A DNA stretch of 64,000 nucleotides, from positions 12,876 to 76,875 of the forward strand of contig JAGWWS010000005.1 of NCBI GenBank assembly GCA_018970255.1, in the 5' to 3' direction. Position numbers and translations under genes: made by a program. Under the pieces are notes generated by a model that saw nothing but the letters and a program-made list of their open reading frames with translations, ran no database searches and was not told the DNA's origin. The first letter of the stretch is position 1. Each line of letters begins with the position of its first letter. Shown here one piece after another: positions 37,102 to 45,756 of this stretch. The stretch comes from Verrucomicrobiota bacterium. GTDB lineage: Bacteria > Verrucomicrobiota > Verrucomicrobiia > Chthoniobacterales > Terrimicrobiaceae.

Positions 37102-38592
37102 GTGCTGTCGCCTTTTTCCCACTTGGTTGTTGTCCATTACCATTGGCGCACGGGCGGCGTCCGGCGCGTGGTGGAAATGGCGGTGCCCGCGATTGCGGTG
37201 GAAGCGGGCGGTTCTCTGAAAAGGGTCACAGTTGTTTCCGGTAGCCCGCCTGCGGAGCAACCGGATTGCCCGGGGATGGGCGCGGAGGTCGTTTTTGTTT
37301 CCGAGCCGTGTTGCGATTACCTGGGCGCGCAGTGCAAAAGCCCGGTGCAAACCGCCGCCGCAATCCGCCGGGCTTTGGCGAAGGCCGTTTCAGGGCTCGA
37401 AAACGAACCTACGCTTTTCTGGCTGCACAACCCAGCGCTGGCGAGGAATCCGATCCTTGCGCGCGAAGTGGCGGAGTTTTGCAAAAGGACGCGAAGCGAA
37501 TTGGCCGTCCACCACCATGATTTCTGGTGCGCGGGCCGCTGGGGGCGCTGGGATGATATCGTCCGCGCCGGGTGCAAAAATTTGGACTCGGCCGCAGGGG
37601 TTCTCTTCGGGGCGGAGTCTGTCCAGATTTGCATCAACGGGCATGACCGCGCGCTCTTGGGGCGGCGAGCGCACCTTCTTTCAAATCCGTTGGCTGCAGG
37701 GCAACCGGGTTTGGGGCGACGCAGAAAAAGCAAAAGTTCTACTCCGGTCTGGGTGGCGCCCACGAGGTTTCTGCGCCGGAAGAACCTTGCAGAAGCGGTC
37801 CTGCTCGCGCGCTGGCTGCGCCCGGAAGCCCTGCTCGCCACGACATCGGGCGCATGCTCGCCGGACGAGGAACCCTATGCGAAGCGGCTTCGCGATGCGG
37901 CACGCGCGGGGCGTTGGAATGTGCGCTTTGGGATTTTGGAAAAATCCGGTGCGGGTGGTGTCGCCATACTTCTCCGGTCTGCGGAAGCGGTGGTCTTGAG
38001 TTCGGTCCAGGAGGGTTTCGGCATGGCGTTTGTGGAGGCGGCTTCCGCGGGCATCCCTTTGGTCGGCCGCGCTCTTCCCGCGGTTCTGCCGGACCTGCGG
38101 CGGATGGGATTCCGGTTCCCGCACCTTTACCGTGGGGTCATGGTTGATCCTCAGCTCATCGATTTGGAGGCGGAGAACCGCCGGCGGAAGTTGCTGTTCG
38201 AAAAAGTGCGCAAGGCGTTGCCGAAGGTTCTCCGCGCTCGGCTGGGGCGTTTTGAGATTCCCAAGGGAGCTGCAATCGATTTTGCGCGGCTGACCCATAC
38301 CGGGCAGTTGGAGGTGCTCGGGTGCGATCCGCAAACTGCCTGGAAAATCTGCCGCCCGCTCAATCCCCCGCTGCGAAAGATCGAGAACTTGGCTGCCTTC
38401 GGGGGTCTCCAGCCAACGCCTTGGCCGGCAAAGGTTGAAAACACCAACGCCGCATACGCACGGCGGTTCCTGGAAATCGCTTCGTCGGCATTCCTCAAGC
38501 GGCAGCGCTTTGATGCTTCGGCGGCCCAGCGGAGACTTCTGCGCGCGGCGCTCGGTTCCGATGCGATTTTTCCGATCCTCCTGGAGCCGTGA
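37102..38592 (+). CDS. GT-B glycosyltransferase, family 4-like
   Basis: 496 aa with a GTG start. The N-terminal VVVHYHWRTGGVRRVVE, and C-terminal VLSSVQEGFGMAFVEAASAGIPLVG (E-x7-E type motif). Divergent from the 35832..37031 gene. Confidence 0.6.
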   Translation: MLSPFSHLVVVHYHWRTGGVRRVVEMAVPAIAVEAGGSLKRVTVVSGSPPAEQPDCPGMGAEVVFVSEPCCDYLGAQCKSPVQTAAAIRRALAKAVSGLENEPTLFWLHNPALARNPILAREVAEFCKRTRSELAVHHHDFWCAGRWGRWDDIVRAGCKNLDSAAGVLFGAESVQICINGHDRALLGRRAHLLSNPLAAGQPGLGRRRKSKSSTPVWVAPTRFLRRKNLAEAVLLARWLRPEALLATTSGACSPDEEPYAKRLRDAARAGRWNVRFGILEKSGAGGVAILLRSAEAVVLSSVQEGFGMAFVEAASAGIPLVGRALPAVLPDLRRMGFRFPHLYRGVMVDPQLIDLEAENRRRKLLFEKVRKALPKVLRARLGRFEIPKGAAIDFARLTHTGQLEVLGCDPQTAWKICRPLNPPLRKIENLAAFGGLQPTPWPAKVENTNAAYARRFLEIASSAFLKRQRFDASAAQRRLLRAALGSDAIFPILLEP

Positions 38593-38598
38593 GCCCGG

Positions 38599-40560
38599 TC
38601 AATTTTGTTGTAGCGACACGGGCGGGCAGTAGATGGCCGCCGGCTCGGCATTCCACCAGTTACCCGTTTTTTTCCGCTCCGAGGGATTGGTGAAAGTGTA
38701 GTCGTCGGAAATGGCGCGGATGAAGCGCGGGGGTTTTTCCGGAAACGGGTTTTCGGCGAGCAGCGCCAGGACGGAGGGCTCGCCCGTGAGCAGGCGGAAG
38801 AGGAAGGACTGGAACCACGGGGTGGTCTCCACCCGGCCGAGCGCGGCGAACCACATTTGCCAATCAAGGCGCGGTTGGTAGGGGGCCACCACCGGCAGCG
38901 GGCGGTCGAGCGGACCCGGCTTGTAGCGGAAGCCGTAGGTTTTCCAATCGTGGCCGTCCTCGCTGCCTTGGATGATGATTTCGCGGCGCGTGGTGGTCAT
39001 CACGGCGAAGAGGCCGTAGCCGTTGACGGTCCGCCACGGCGCGATCGCCGAGTAAACTTTTCCGATGGGCTCGAGCACAGATGGCAACCGGCCGAAAGAA
39101 AAAACGAGCGGCACATGCCCGAGGACGATCAGGGAAACGCAAACGGTCCGCCGGAACCATTTAGGAAGGAATTTCCCGGGCTCGGCCGGTTTGCGCAGGA
39201 AGCGCGGCCACGCCGAATCGTCAATTAACAGAAGGCATAGCGCGATGGTGAGGAGGTTGAAGAATGCGTAGTTGCCGGTGGCGGCGATGCCGAGTTGGAG
39301 CGCTATGGTCGCCAGCGCGGCCGCCGTGCGCGGAATGCGTGGGAGGAAAAACAGGAATGGCACGGCGAGCTCCACCGCGAACATGCCGGCGCAGAGGATT
39401 TGCAAAACATCCGGTGGGAGTTGTTGCGCGAACCACGCCGCGGGGTTCGGCAGGGGTTGCGTGAAGAAATGGAAGTCCAGCGCCGTGAGGTTCCGCCAGG
39501 TCTCGTCGCCGCTCGCGAGCTTCACCACGCCGGAGCAGAACATGAGTTTGAAAAGCAGGAACACCGCCGCGAGGCGTGCGATGCGCGGCGGGTGGCAGGC
39601 GGCGAAGTTGGGCTTCAGGCGCCACGGAGAGAGGAAGATCGCGAGGAAGCCGGTTTCGACCAGCAGGGCGTCCCATTGGAAACCGTAGAAATCCTGTCCG
39701 GCGGCGACGAGCGAGAGCGTCGTGATCCAAAGAACTGCGAAACACAGCGGTTGGAGGATGCCGGCAAATGCCGCCAGCGCGGCGAGGATTCCGATTCCAC
39801 AGAGCCAGCCAACTGCGGCATCGCCGGGTCCGAGCCAAACCAGCGAGGGTAACCGCCAAAAAGCACTGCCGCCGGCATGTTCCCCGACCGCCTGGAAAAA
39901 ATCCTTCACGGGAAGGATGCCATTAGCGCCGTTCAATCCCGCGAATTGGTGTTGGTAGGAGATGAGGAAAACCAGAAACACCAGCGCGAGTGCCCGAAGG
40001 AAGATGAGGTTCGAGATGCCAAAGCCAGGGCGCAGCACGGAGCCGCCCCAGAGAAGCCGGGTGAGTTTGGAAAAAACGATTCGGTTTTTTGCAACAAAGG
40101 CATACGCGGCATCCGCTGCCAACCGGAATGGCGTGAACCCTCGGAACGTCCGCAGCCCCAATTTTGCCAGCCAGCTGTGCGGCGAGGTCAATTCCAACAC
40201 CGCCTCTGCGCCCGAGCGCCGCTTTCCGTCGGGTAGGATAAGTTGGACGGCGAGTTCGAATTCCCACGCGGGGATTTCCGGGAAGTCCCGTGCCGCCTCG
40301 GATGACGGGCGGTAATCCACCGATTCGCCGGTGGACTGGCGCCACCTTTCGATCCATTTCCGGCAAAAACCGCATGCGCCATCGTAAACCACCACGGGCT
40401 TCCGCTCCGCCGGACTGGATGCTGCGTCCACCCCTCCAAACAAGCGGGGCTGCCGCGTGCCTTCAAGGCGCAAAGGGCGGGGGCGGTGCTTGACGGGTTC
40501 CTGCGCCGCCGCGATAAACGCGGGTCCAATGAACGCCACGGAGATTTTTTCGCGCCTCAC
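38599..40560 (-). CDS. Fusion protein: DCC-family (DUF393) thiol-disulfide oxidoreductase + lipase maturation factor (LMF) family membrane domain
   Basis: VVYDGACGFCRKWIERW is the DCC/DUF393 CxxC motif. It is followed by about 10 TM helices with FLRALALVFLVFLISYQHQFAGLNGANGILP and PYQPRLDWQMWFAALG, as remembered from LMF1-family proteins. The true start is probably downstream of 40560 (candidate GTG near 40431), because 40560 overlaps the divergent gene. Confidence 0.65.
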   Translation of the reverse strand: MRREKISVAFIGPAFIAAAQEPVKHRPRPLRLEGTRQPRLFGGVDAASSPAERKPVVVYDGACGFCRKWIERWRQSTGESVDYRPSSEAARDFPEIPAWEFELAVQLILPDGKRRSGAEAVLELTSPHSWLAKLGLRTFRGFTPFRLAADAAYAFVAKNRIVFSKLTRLLWGGSVLRPGFGISNLIFLRALALVFLVFLISYQHQFAGLNGANGILPVKDFFQAVGEHAGGSAFWRLPSLVWLGPGDAAVGWLCGIGILAALAAFAGILQPLCFAVLWITTLSLVAAGQDFYGFQWDALLVETGFLAIFLSPWRLKPNFAACHPPRIARLAAVFLLFKLMFCSGVVKLASGDETWRNLTALDFHFFTQPLPNPAAWFAQQLPPDVLQILCAGMFAVELAVPFLFFLPRIPRTAAALATIALQLGIAATGNYAFFNLLTIALCLLLIDDSAWPRFLRKPAEPGKFLPKWFRRTVCVSLIVLGHVPLVFSFGRLPSVLEPIGKVYSAIAPWRTVNGYGLFAVMTTTRREIIIQGSEDGHDWKTYGFRYKPGPLDRPLPVVAPYQPRLDWQMWFAALGRVETTPWFQSFLFRLLTGEPSVLALLAENPFPEKPPRFIRAISDDYTFTNPSERKKTGNWWNAEPAAIYCPPVSLQQN

Positions 40561-41044
40561 CGCCGCGCAATCCGCAGGGGTCCTGGACTGGCTCGCCGAG
40601 CACGACCGGGGATCCTACAAAAGCTGCGCCGCGATGCTTGCCTCGCGCCGCAAGTTGCGCCCCGTTTTCGTCGAGCGCAAGCCCCGCGCCGAGCGCAACC
40701 AGTGGATGGCCGAGGCGCTCGTCCGCCCTTCGAACGCCGACCTCGCCCTTGAGGTGCTCCAAGTCTGGACGCTCGGGTGCAACGAGCGGGTGGTCTGCGA
40801 TTTCCTCGACGCGCTTTCGATTCCCCACAATGGCAAAGGCGTGATCGACGAAGTCCCCGCGGAGCCGCCCGCCAGTTCTGTCGGGTCCGCCGTCGAGACC
40901 CTGCTTTCCAAACACGACCCCGCGGCGGTTTTTGTTTACCTCCATTTGTTCGCCGACTCCGCGCAAGGCTCCTGGTCCTACCTCGAGGGAATCCTCGCTT
41001 CGAACGAAGCGTTCGCTCCTGCAAAATCGCTCGCATCGGCATGA
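40529..41044 (+). CDS. Hypothetical protein (171 aa)
   Basis: I chose the start MNATEIFSRLTAAQSAGVLDWL. Ordinary composition and no motif I recognise. The stop overlaps the gmhA ATG (ATGA at 41041-41044). Confidence 0.45.
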   Translation: MNATEIFSRLTAAQSAGVLDWLAEHDRGSYKSCAAMLASRRKLRPVFVERKPRAERNQWMAEALVRPSNADLALEVLQVWTLGCNERVVCDFLDALSIPHNGKGVIDEVPAEPPASSVGSAVETLLSKHDPAAVFVYLHLFADSAQGSWSYLEGILASNEAFAPAKSLASA

Positions 41045-41619
41045 GCCCCTTCGAACAATCCCTTCGCGGATCGCTCGAAACCTTCGAATCGCTGCGAAAC
41101 CTCGAGCCGAAAGTCACCCAAGCCGCCGACCTTGTCGCCGCCTGCCTGAAGTCCGGAGGCAAGCTCCTCGTCTGCGGCAACGGCGGCAGTGCAGCCGACA
41201 GCGGGCATATCGCCACCGAGTTCACCTGCCGCTTCCAAGCCGACCGCCGCCCGTATCCCGCGATCGCGCTGAGTTCCGACGGCGGGTTGCTGACCGCGAT
41301 CGGCAACGACTACTCCTTCCAAGACATTTTCGCGCGCCAGGTGCAGGCATTCGGCCGCGCCGGCGATGTGCTCATCGCCCTCTCCACCAGCGGCAAATCG
41401 CGGAATGTCCTTTCCGCCATCGAAGAGGCCAAGCGCGCCGGGATGAAAACCATTGTCCTGCTCGGCAAGGGTGGGGGATTCACCAAAGGGGCCGCCGACA
41501 TCGAAATCCAAGTTGCAGGCACCGTCACCGCCCGCATCCAGGAAGCCCACAAATTTTTGCTGCATGTGATCTGCGAGCTTGTCGAGCCGAAGCTCGAGGG
41601 TCCGCGCGAGGAGGATTGA
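41041..41619 (+). CDS. gmhA: SIS-domain phosphoheptose isomerase (GmhA/DiaA family)
   Basis: 192 aa taken from ORF 40777..41619. KLLVCGNGGSAADSGHIATEF, TAIGNDYSFQDIFARQV and LIALSTSGKSRNVL are GmhA motifs. Confidence 0.8.
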   Translation: MSPFEQSLRGSLETFESLRNLEPKVTQAADLVAACLKSGGKLLVCGNGGSAADSGHIATEFTCRFQADRRPYPAIALSSDGGLLTAIGNDYSFQDIFARQVQAFGRAGDVLIALSTSGKSRNVLSAIEEAKRAGMKTIVLLGKGGGFTKGAADIEIQVAGTVTARIQEAHKFLLHVICELVEPKLEGPREED

Positions 41620-41697
41620 GGTGCGGCTCCCGGGCTGCGGAAATCACTTGCGGCCACGGTCTTTTTTCCCAAGAGTCGCCGCATTGAAGGCCATTTT

Positions 41698-43314
41698 ATG
41701 AGCCAAGAGCCCGATTCCTCCGCAAACCTCTCCGGACTGGAGATGGATCTGCTGCGCTCCTTGCAACCCTCCTGGGTCAAGGACACCTCGCCTGCCGAGA
41801 AATTCTCGCGGCTCGATTCCCATGGCGGATCGTCACGCCGAGAGGACAAGTTTGATTCCGATCACGAGGACTTCGAGCAGCGCCGCCAGCGCTTGATGCC
41901 GAAGAAGCCGAAACGCCACGGACAGATGCGCGAGGGCAAATTTCCCTCGAGGGGCGACAAACAATCGCCAGGGAAATTCGGCGGCGCTCCGCGTTCCCAA
42001 GGTGGCGGGGAGCAAAGGTCATTCGGTCCGCGGGAGCGCCAGCCCAGGCCGCCACGCGAGGAGGTTCTCGAAGGCTGGGAAATTCGTTTCCTCGCCGAGG
42101 AGCGCGGAGTCGAGGGCCTCATCAAGCAAATCAAGGCGAACGCCAAAGCCTACGCGCTTTTCGATCTCGCGAGACTCGTGTTGGAAAAATCCGCCCGCTA
42201 CCGGGTGGGTTTCAAACGCGTCTCGGGGCCGCAACTTTTCCGTGTTGTTTCCGATTCCACGCTCTGGCTCACGGAGGCCGAGGCTCAATCCCACGCCACC
42301 GCGGTCGCAACCGAGACGCTCTATCGCAAGGATCGTGTTCCGGTTGATCCGCCGAAGGGCGAATTCCCGGCCATCGCCCAATGCGGGATGAGCGGCGTTT
42401 TTCTCGGTCCGCCGAATCACCACGATTACCAACTCAAGCTCCGGAAGCTTCATGCCGAGCGGTTCGCGAATGTTCCTTTCGATGTTTTCAAATCCCGCGT
42501 GCGAACCGTTCGCGACGAGGAGTCGATGGCGAAGTGGAAGGAGGAGCAAAGTTTCGCGGATGTTTACTACCCTGCCGAGGCGCCCGAGGGAACGGAACCG
42601 CAGCCGTTGCGCAGTCTCGCCGAAGTCGCCGAACATTTCCGAAAAAACCACGCATCAACGGCGGTGGACAATCCTGGTGACGAATTCCAAACGCCCGGCT
42701 CGCCTGTGGTGAACGATTCAGCGCCGCTGGTGATCGGATTCGTCCGGCGCGAACTCGACAATCTGCTCCGCTTCCCGTTGCCGATGGCCCACTCGCTCGG
42801 TCAGCAACTCGCCGGGGGTGGACTGCAAATTTTCAAAGCCAACGAGAATATCACGTATGTCTCCGTGGCGCGTCCGCGTCCGATCAACCGCGAGGCCGTG
42901 CCGGTCTCGCCAAGCGCCGCCGCGATTTTTGATTATCTCGAAGCAAACGCCAAAACGCCCCGTGCCAAACAATGGCAGGACCTTCTCGCTCTCCCGAGGC
43001 CCGATGGCGGAGAGGATGCCGCCCAGCGGGAATCGGCCCTGTTGCGTGATCTCTACTGGCTGTTGCACCAAGGCCACGTCATCGATTTTGCCACAAAAAA
43101 CCTCCAAGTCGCCCGCCGCCCCGCGCCGAAAAAACCGGCTCCTGGAAAACCGGAGTCGCCAAAAGGTGAGGAGAGTGTCGTGGCTGCCGCGTCTGCCGCA
43201 GAGGTGGAAGACAGCGGGCGGGACGCCCAAGCTGCGGAAGAAGTCCAGCCTCCTTCAGATGTTGAGGTGGTCGCCGCACCTGCGGCCGAGGCTCAGGCGC
43301 CGAGCGAGTCGTAG
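41698..43314 (+). CDS. Hypothetical protein (538 aa) with basic disordered N-terminal region and acidic Ala/Glu/Pro-rich tail
   Basis: Long ORF with normal core composition. Residues about 40-125 are Arg/Lys/Gly-rich (RREDKFDSDHEDFEQRRQRLMPKKPKRHGQMREGKFPSRGDKQSPGKFGGAPRSQGGGEQRSFGPRERQPRPPREE). No recognisable catalytic motif. Confidence 0.5.
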   Translation: MSQEPDSSANLSGLEMDLLRSLQPSWVKDTSPAEKFSRLDSHGGSSRREDKFDSDHEDFEQRRQRLMPKKPKRHGQMREGKFPSRGDKQSPGKFGGAPRSQGGGEQRSFGPRERQPRPPREEVLEGWEIRFLAEERGVEGLIKQIKANAKAYALFDLARLVLEKSARYRVGFKRVSGPQLFRVVSDSTLWLTEAEAQSHATAVATETLYRKDRVPVDPPKGEFPAIAQCGMSGVFLGPPNHHDYQLKLRKLHAERFANVPFDVFKSRVRTVRDEESMAKWKEEQSFADVYYPAEAPEGTEPQPLRSLAEVAEHFRKNHASTAVDNPGDEFQTPGSPVVNDSAPLVIGFVRRELDNLLRFPLPMAHSLGQQLAGGGLQIFKANENITYVSVARPRPINREAVPVSPSAAAIFDYLEANAKTPRAKQWQDLLALPRPDGGEDAAQRESALLRDLYWLLHQGHVIDFATKNLQVARRPAPKKPAPGKPESPKGEESVVAAASAAEVEDSGRDAQAAEEVQPPSDVEVVAAPAAEAQAPSES

Positions 43315-44495
43315 AGAGCCTTGGTTTTTTTGGCGATCACCGCCCAAGAGAAAACTTCCGCCGCGCGCTTGCGGCCGGCTTCGCCGAAACTGCGGCGCTT
43401 CGAGGGGTCGGCCATGACTTCGTTGGTGCGGGCGGCGAGGTCGCGGGAGAATTTCTCCGGGTTGAGCGGTTCGAAGGGGCTCTCGGACATTTGCTCGACG
43501 GGCACGAGGTAGCCGGTGGTCCCGTCCACGACGACTTCGGGGATGCCGCCCACAGCGCTGGCGACGACCGCACAACCGCAGGCCATGGCCTCGAGGTTGA
43601 TGATGCCGAAGGGTTCGTAGATCGAGGGGCAAACGAACACGCCGGCGTGGCTGTAGAGTTCGATCTTCGAGGGGTTGTCGATCATCTCGCCGATCCAGAC
43701 CACGCCTTCGCGGAGGCGCTGGGCTTCGGCGACGGCCTCCTTCATTTCGGCCGCGATTTCCGGCGTGTCCGGCGCGCCGGCGCAGAGGACGACCTGGAAG
43801 CCGGGGTCCATGTGTTTGATGGCGTTGACGAGGTGGATGATTCCCTTTTGGCGCGTGATGCGGCCGAGGAAGAGCGCGTAGGGTTTCGCGGGGTCGATGC
43901 CGAAGCGGTCGAGGACGCGGTGCGTGGAGGCCGGCCGGAACTCATCGGGGTCGATTCCATTGTGGATGATGTGCAGGCGCTCCGGGGCGATTTTGAAAAG
44001 CCGCTCGACATCGCGGCGGGTGCCTTCCGAGACGCACACGACGGCGTCCGCCATTTCCAGCGCGGTGCGTTCGAGCCAGCAGGTGAAATCGTAGCCGCCG
44101 CCGAGCTGCTCGCGTTTCCACGGGCGGAGGGGTTCGAGCGAATGGACGGTGATGGCGAGGGGGATGCCGTAGTTCAGCTTCGCAAGGATTCCGCCGAAGT
44201 GGGCATACCAGGTGTGGCAATGGACGACGCCGGCATCGATGGCCGTGGTGTTGAAATCGAGGCAGCGCTGGAGCGCGCCGAAGACGGATTTCAGCGGCGC
44301 GGGGCTGGTGTAGTGCGAGGCGTCGAGGCCGAAGCCGAGGGCGGAGAGGTTGCCGGAGGTGGAGTGTTGGTCGCCGAAGCAGCGGACCTCGACGGGCATG
44401 AGCTTCGCGAGTTCGCGGCTGAGGTATTCGACATGCACGCCGGCGCCGCCGTAGATGTGGGGCGGGTATTCGTTCGTGAGGAGGAGGGCTTTCAT
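43293..44495 (-). CDS. glgA: Glycogen synthase, GT4 (Corynebacterium-type)
   Basis: 400 aa. MKALLLTNEYPPHIYGGAGVHVEYLSREL and VFVCPSIYEPFGIINLEAMACG are typical of the actinobacterial-type GT4 glycogen synthase family. Confidence 0.75.
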   Translation of the reverse strand: MKALLLTNEYPPHIYGGAGVHVEYLSRELAKLMPVEVRCFGDQHSTSGNLSALGFGLDASHYTSPAPLKSVFGALQRCLDFNTTAIDAGVVHCHTWYAHFGGILAKLNYGIPLAITVHSLEPLRPWKREQLGGGYDFTCWLERTALEMADAVVCVSEGTRRDVERLFKIAPERLHIIHNGIDPDEFRPASTHRVLDRFGIDPAKPYALFLGRITRQKGIIHLVNAIKHMDPGFQVVLCAGAPDTPEIAAEMKEAVAEAQRLREGVVWIGEMIDNPSKIELYSHAGVFVCPSIYEPFGIINLEAMACGCAVVASAVGGIPEVVVDGTTGYLVPVEQMSESPFEPLNPEKFSRDLAARTNEVMADPSKRRSFGEAGRKRAAEVFSWAVIAKKTKALYDSLGA

Positions 44496-44507
44496 GGGAA
44501 GGGGGCG

Positions 44508-44975
44508 CTACATCAGGCGCACGGGGACGGAAAACTGGAGCGAGCCGCCCCGCGGCACCGGCATGATGGTATCCACGGCGGTGAGGGAGGCTTTGCGGAT
44601 GTTGATTCCGATGGCGTTCTCCATCCCGGTGAGCGCGGCGATGCAATTCCCGATATCGGGTTCGTGGCCGACGACCATTATGGACTCGGCGTTGTCGATT
44701 TCCGCGAGCTTCGCAAAAAGTTTTTCGGGACCCATGCCGCAGGCGAGCCAGTTCTCGATGCGCGGGGTTTCGCCGAGCGCCTTGGCGACGATTTCGGCTG
44801 TGTGGCGGGCGCGGACGAACGGGCTGCTGAGGATGAGGTCGGGCTTGAGGCCGTTGCGGACGCAGAATTTTCCGACCTTCGCAGCCTGCTCGAGACCTTT
44901 CGCGGTGAGCCTGCGGGCGGCGTCGGAGTCCACGAAGTCCTCCGCCTCGGCGTGCCTCAGGAAATAAATGACCAT
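44508..44975 (-). CDS. sixA: Phosphohistidine phosphatase SixA
   Basis: 155 aa. YFLRHAEAE (RHG-type catalytic motif) and MVVGHEPD. Confidence 0.8.
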   Translation of the reverse strand: MVIYFLRHAEAEDFVDSDAARRLTAKGLEQAAKVGKFCVRNGLKPDLILSSPFVRARHTAEIVAKALGETPRIENWLACGMGPEKLFAKLAEIDNAESIMVVGHEPDIGNCIAALTGMENAIGINIRKASLTAVDTIMPVPRGGSLQFSVPVRLM

Positions 44976-44990
44976 GGCGTGTTCGCTGGC

Positions 44991-45743
44991 CTACATGCTC
45001 ATCCCGCCGTCCACGGCGAGGACTTGCCCCGTGATGTAGGACGCGTCCGGCGAGCAGAGGAAGGAAACGGCTGCGGCGATGTCCGCGGTGGCGCCGAAGC
45101 GGGAGACGGGGATTTGCGCGAGGGCGCCCTTGCGGACCTCCTCGTTCAGCACGGCGGTCATGTCGGTTTCGATGAACCCCGGGGCGACGACATTGGCGGT
45201 GATGCCGCGGCTGGCGATTTCGCGGGCGATGCTTTTTGTCATGCCGATGAGGCCGGCCTTGCTGGCGGCGTAGTTCGCCTGGCCGGCGAGGCCCATGAGG
45301 CCGCTGACCGAGCCGATGTTGATGATGCGGCCGGAACGCTGCTTGACCATGGCCCGCAGGACGGCGCGGGTGAAATTGAAGGCGCCCTTGAGGTTCGTCT
45401 GGAGCACGGTGTCCCAATCGTCGCTCGACATGCGCATCGCGAGGGTGTCGCGGGTGACGCCGGCGTTGTTCACGAGGATGTCGCAGCGGCCGAAGTCGGC
45501 GAGGATTTGGTCGCCGGTTTTTTGCACCGCATCGAAGTCGGCCACATCGACCGCGTAGGGCTTCGCCGCACCCGGGGTGGCGGCGTTGATATCGGCTGCG
45601 ACTTTTGCGGAGTTTGCCTCCGTGCGGCTGACGACGGCGATTTTCGCGCCTTCGGCGGCGAGGGATTTCGCGATGGCTTCGCCGATGCCGCGGCCGGCGC
45701 CCGTGACGACGGCGACTTGGTTTTCGAATCGTTTGTTGCTCAT
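44991..45743 (-). CDS. fabG: 3-oxoacyl-[acyl-carrier-protein] reductase
   Basis: 250 aa. VVTGAGRGIGEAIA, NNAG, YAASKAGLIGMTKSIA (YxxxK) and the C-terminal GQVLAVDGGMSM. Confidence 0.9.
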   Translation of the reverse strand: MSNKRFENQVAVVTGAGRGIGEAIAKSLAAEGAKIAVVSRTEANSAKVAADINAATPGAAKPYAVDVADFDAVQKTGDQILADFGRCDILVNNAGVTRDTLAMRMSSDDWDTVLQTNLKGAFNFTRAVLRAMVKQRSGRIINIGSVSGLMGLAGQANYAASKAGLIGMTKSIAREIASRGITANVVAPGFIETDMTAVLNEEVRKGALAQIPVSRFGATADIAAAVSFLCSPDASYITGQVLAVDGGMSM

Positions 45744-45756
45744 GTGTGGAAAGGGG

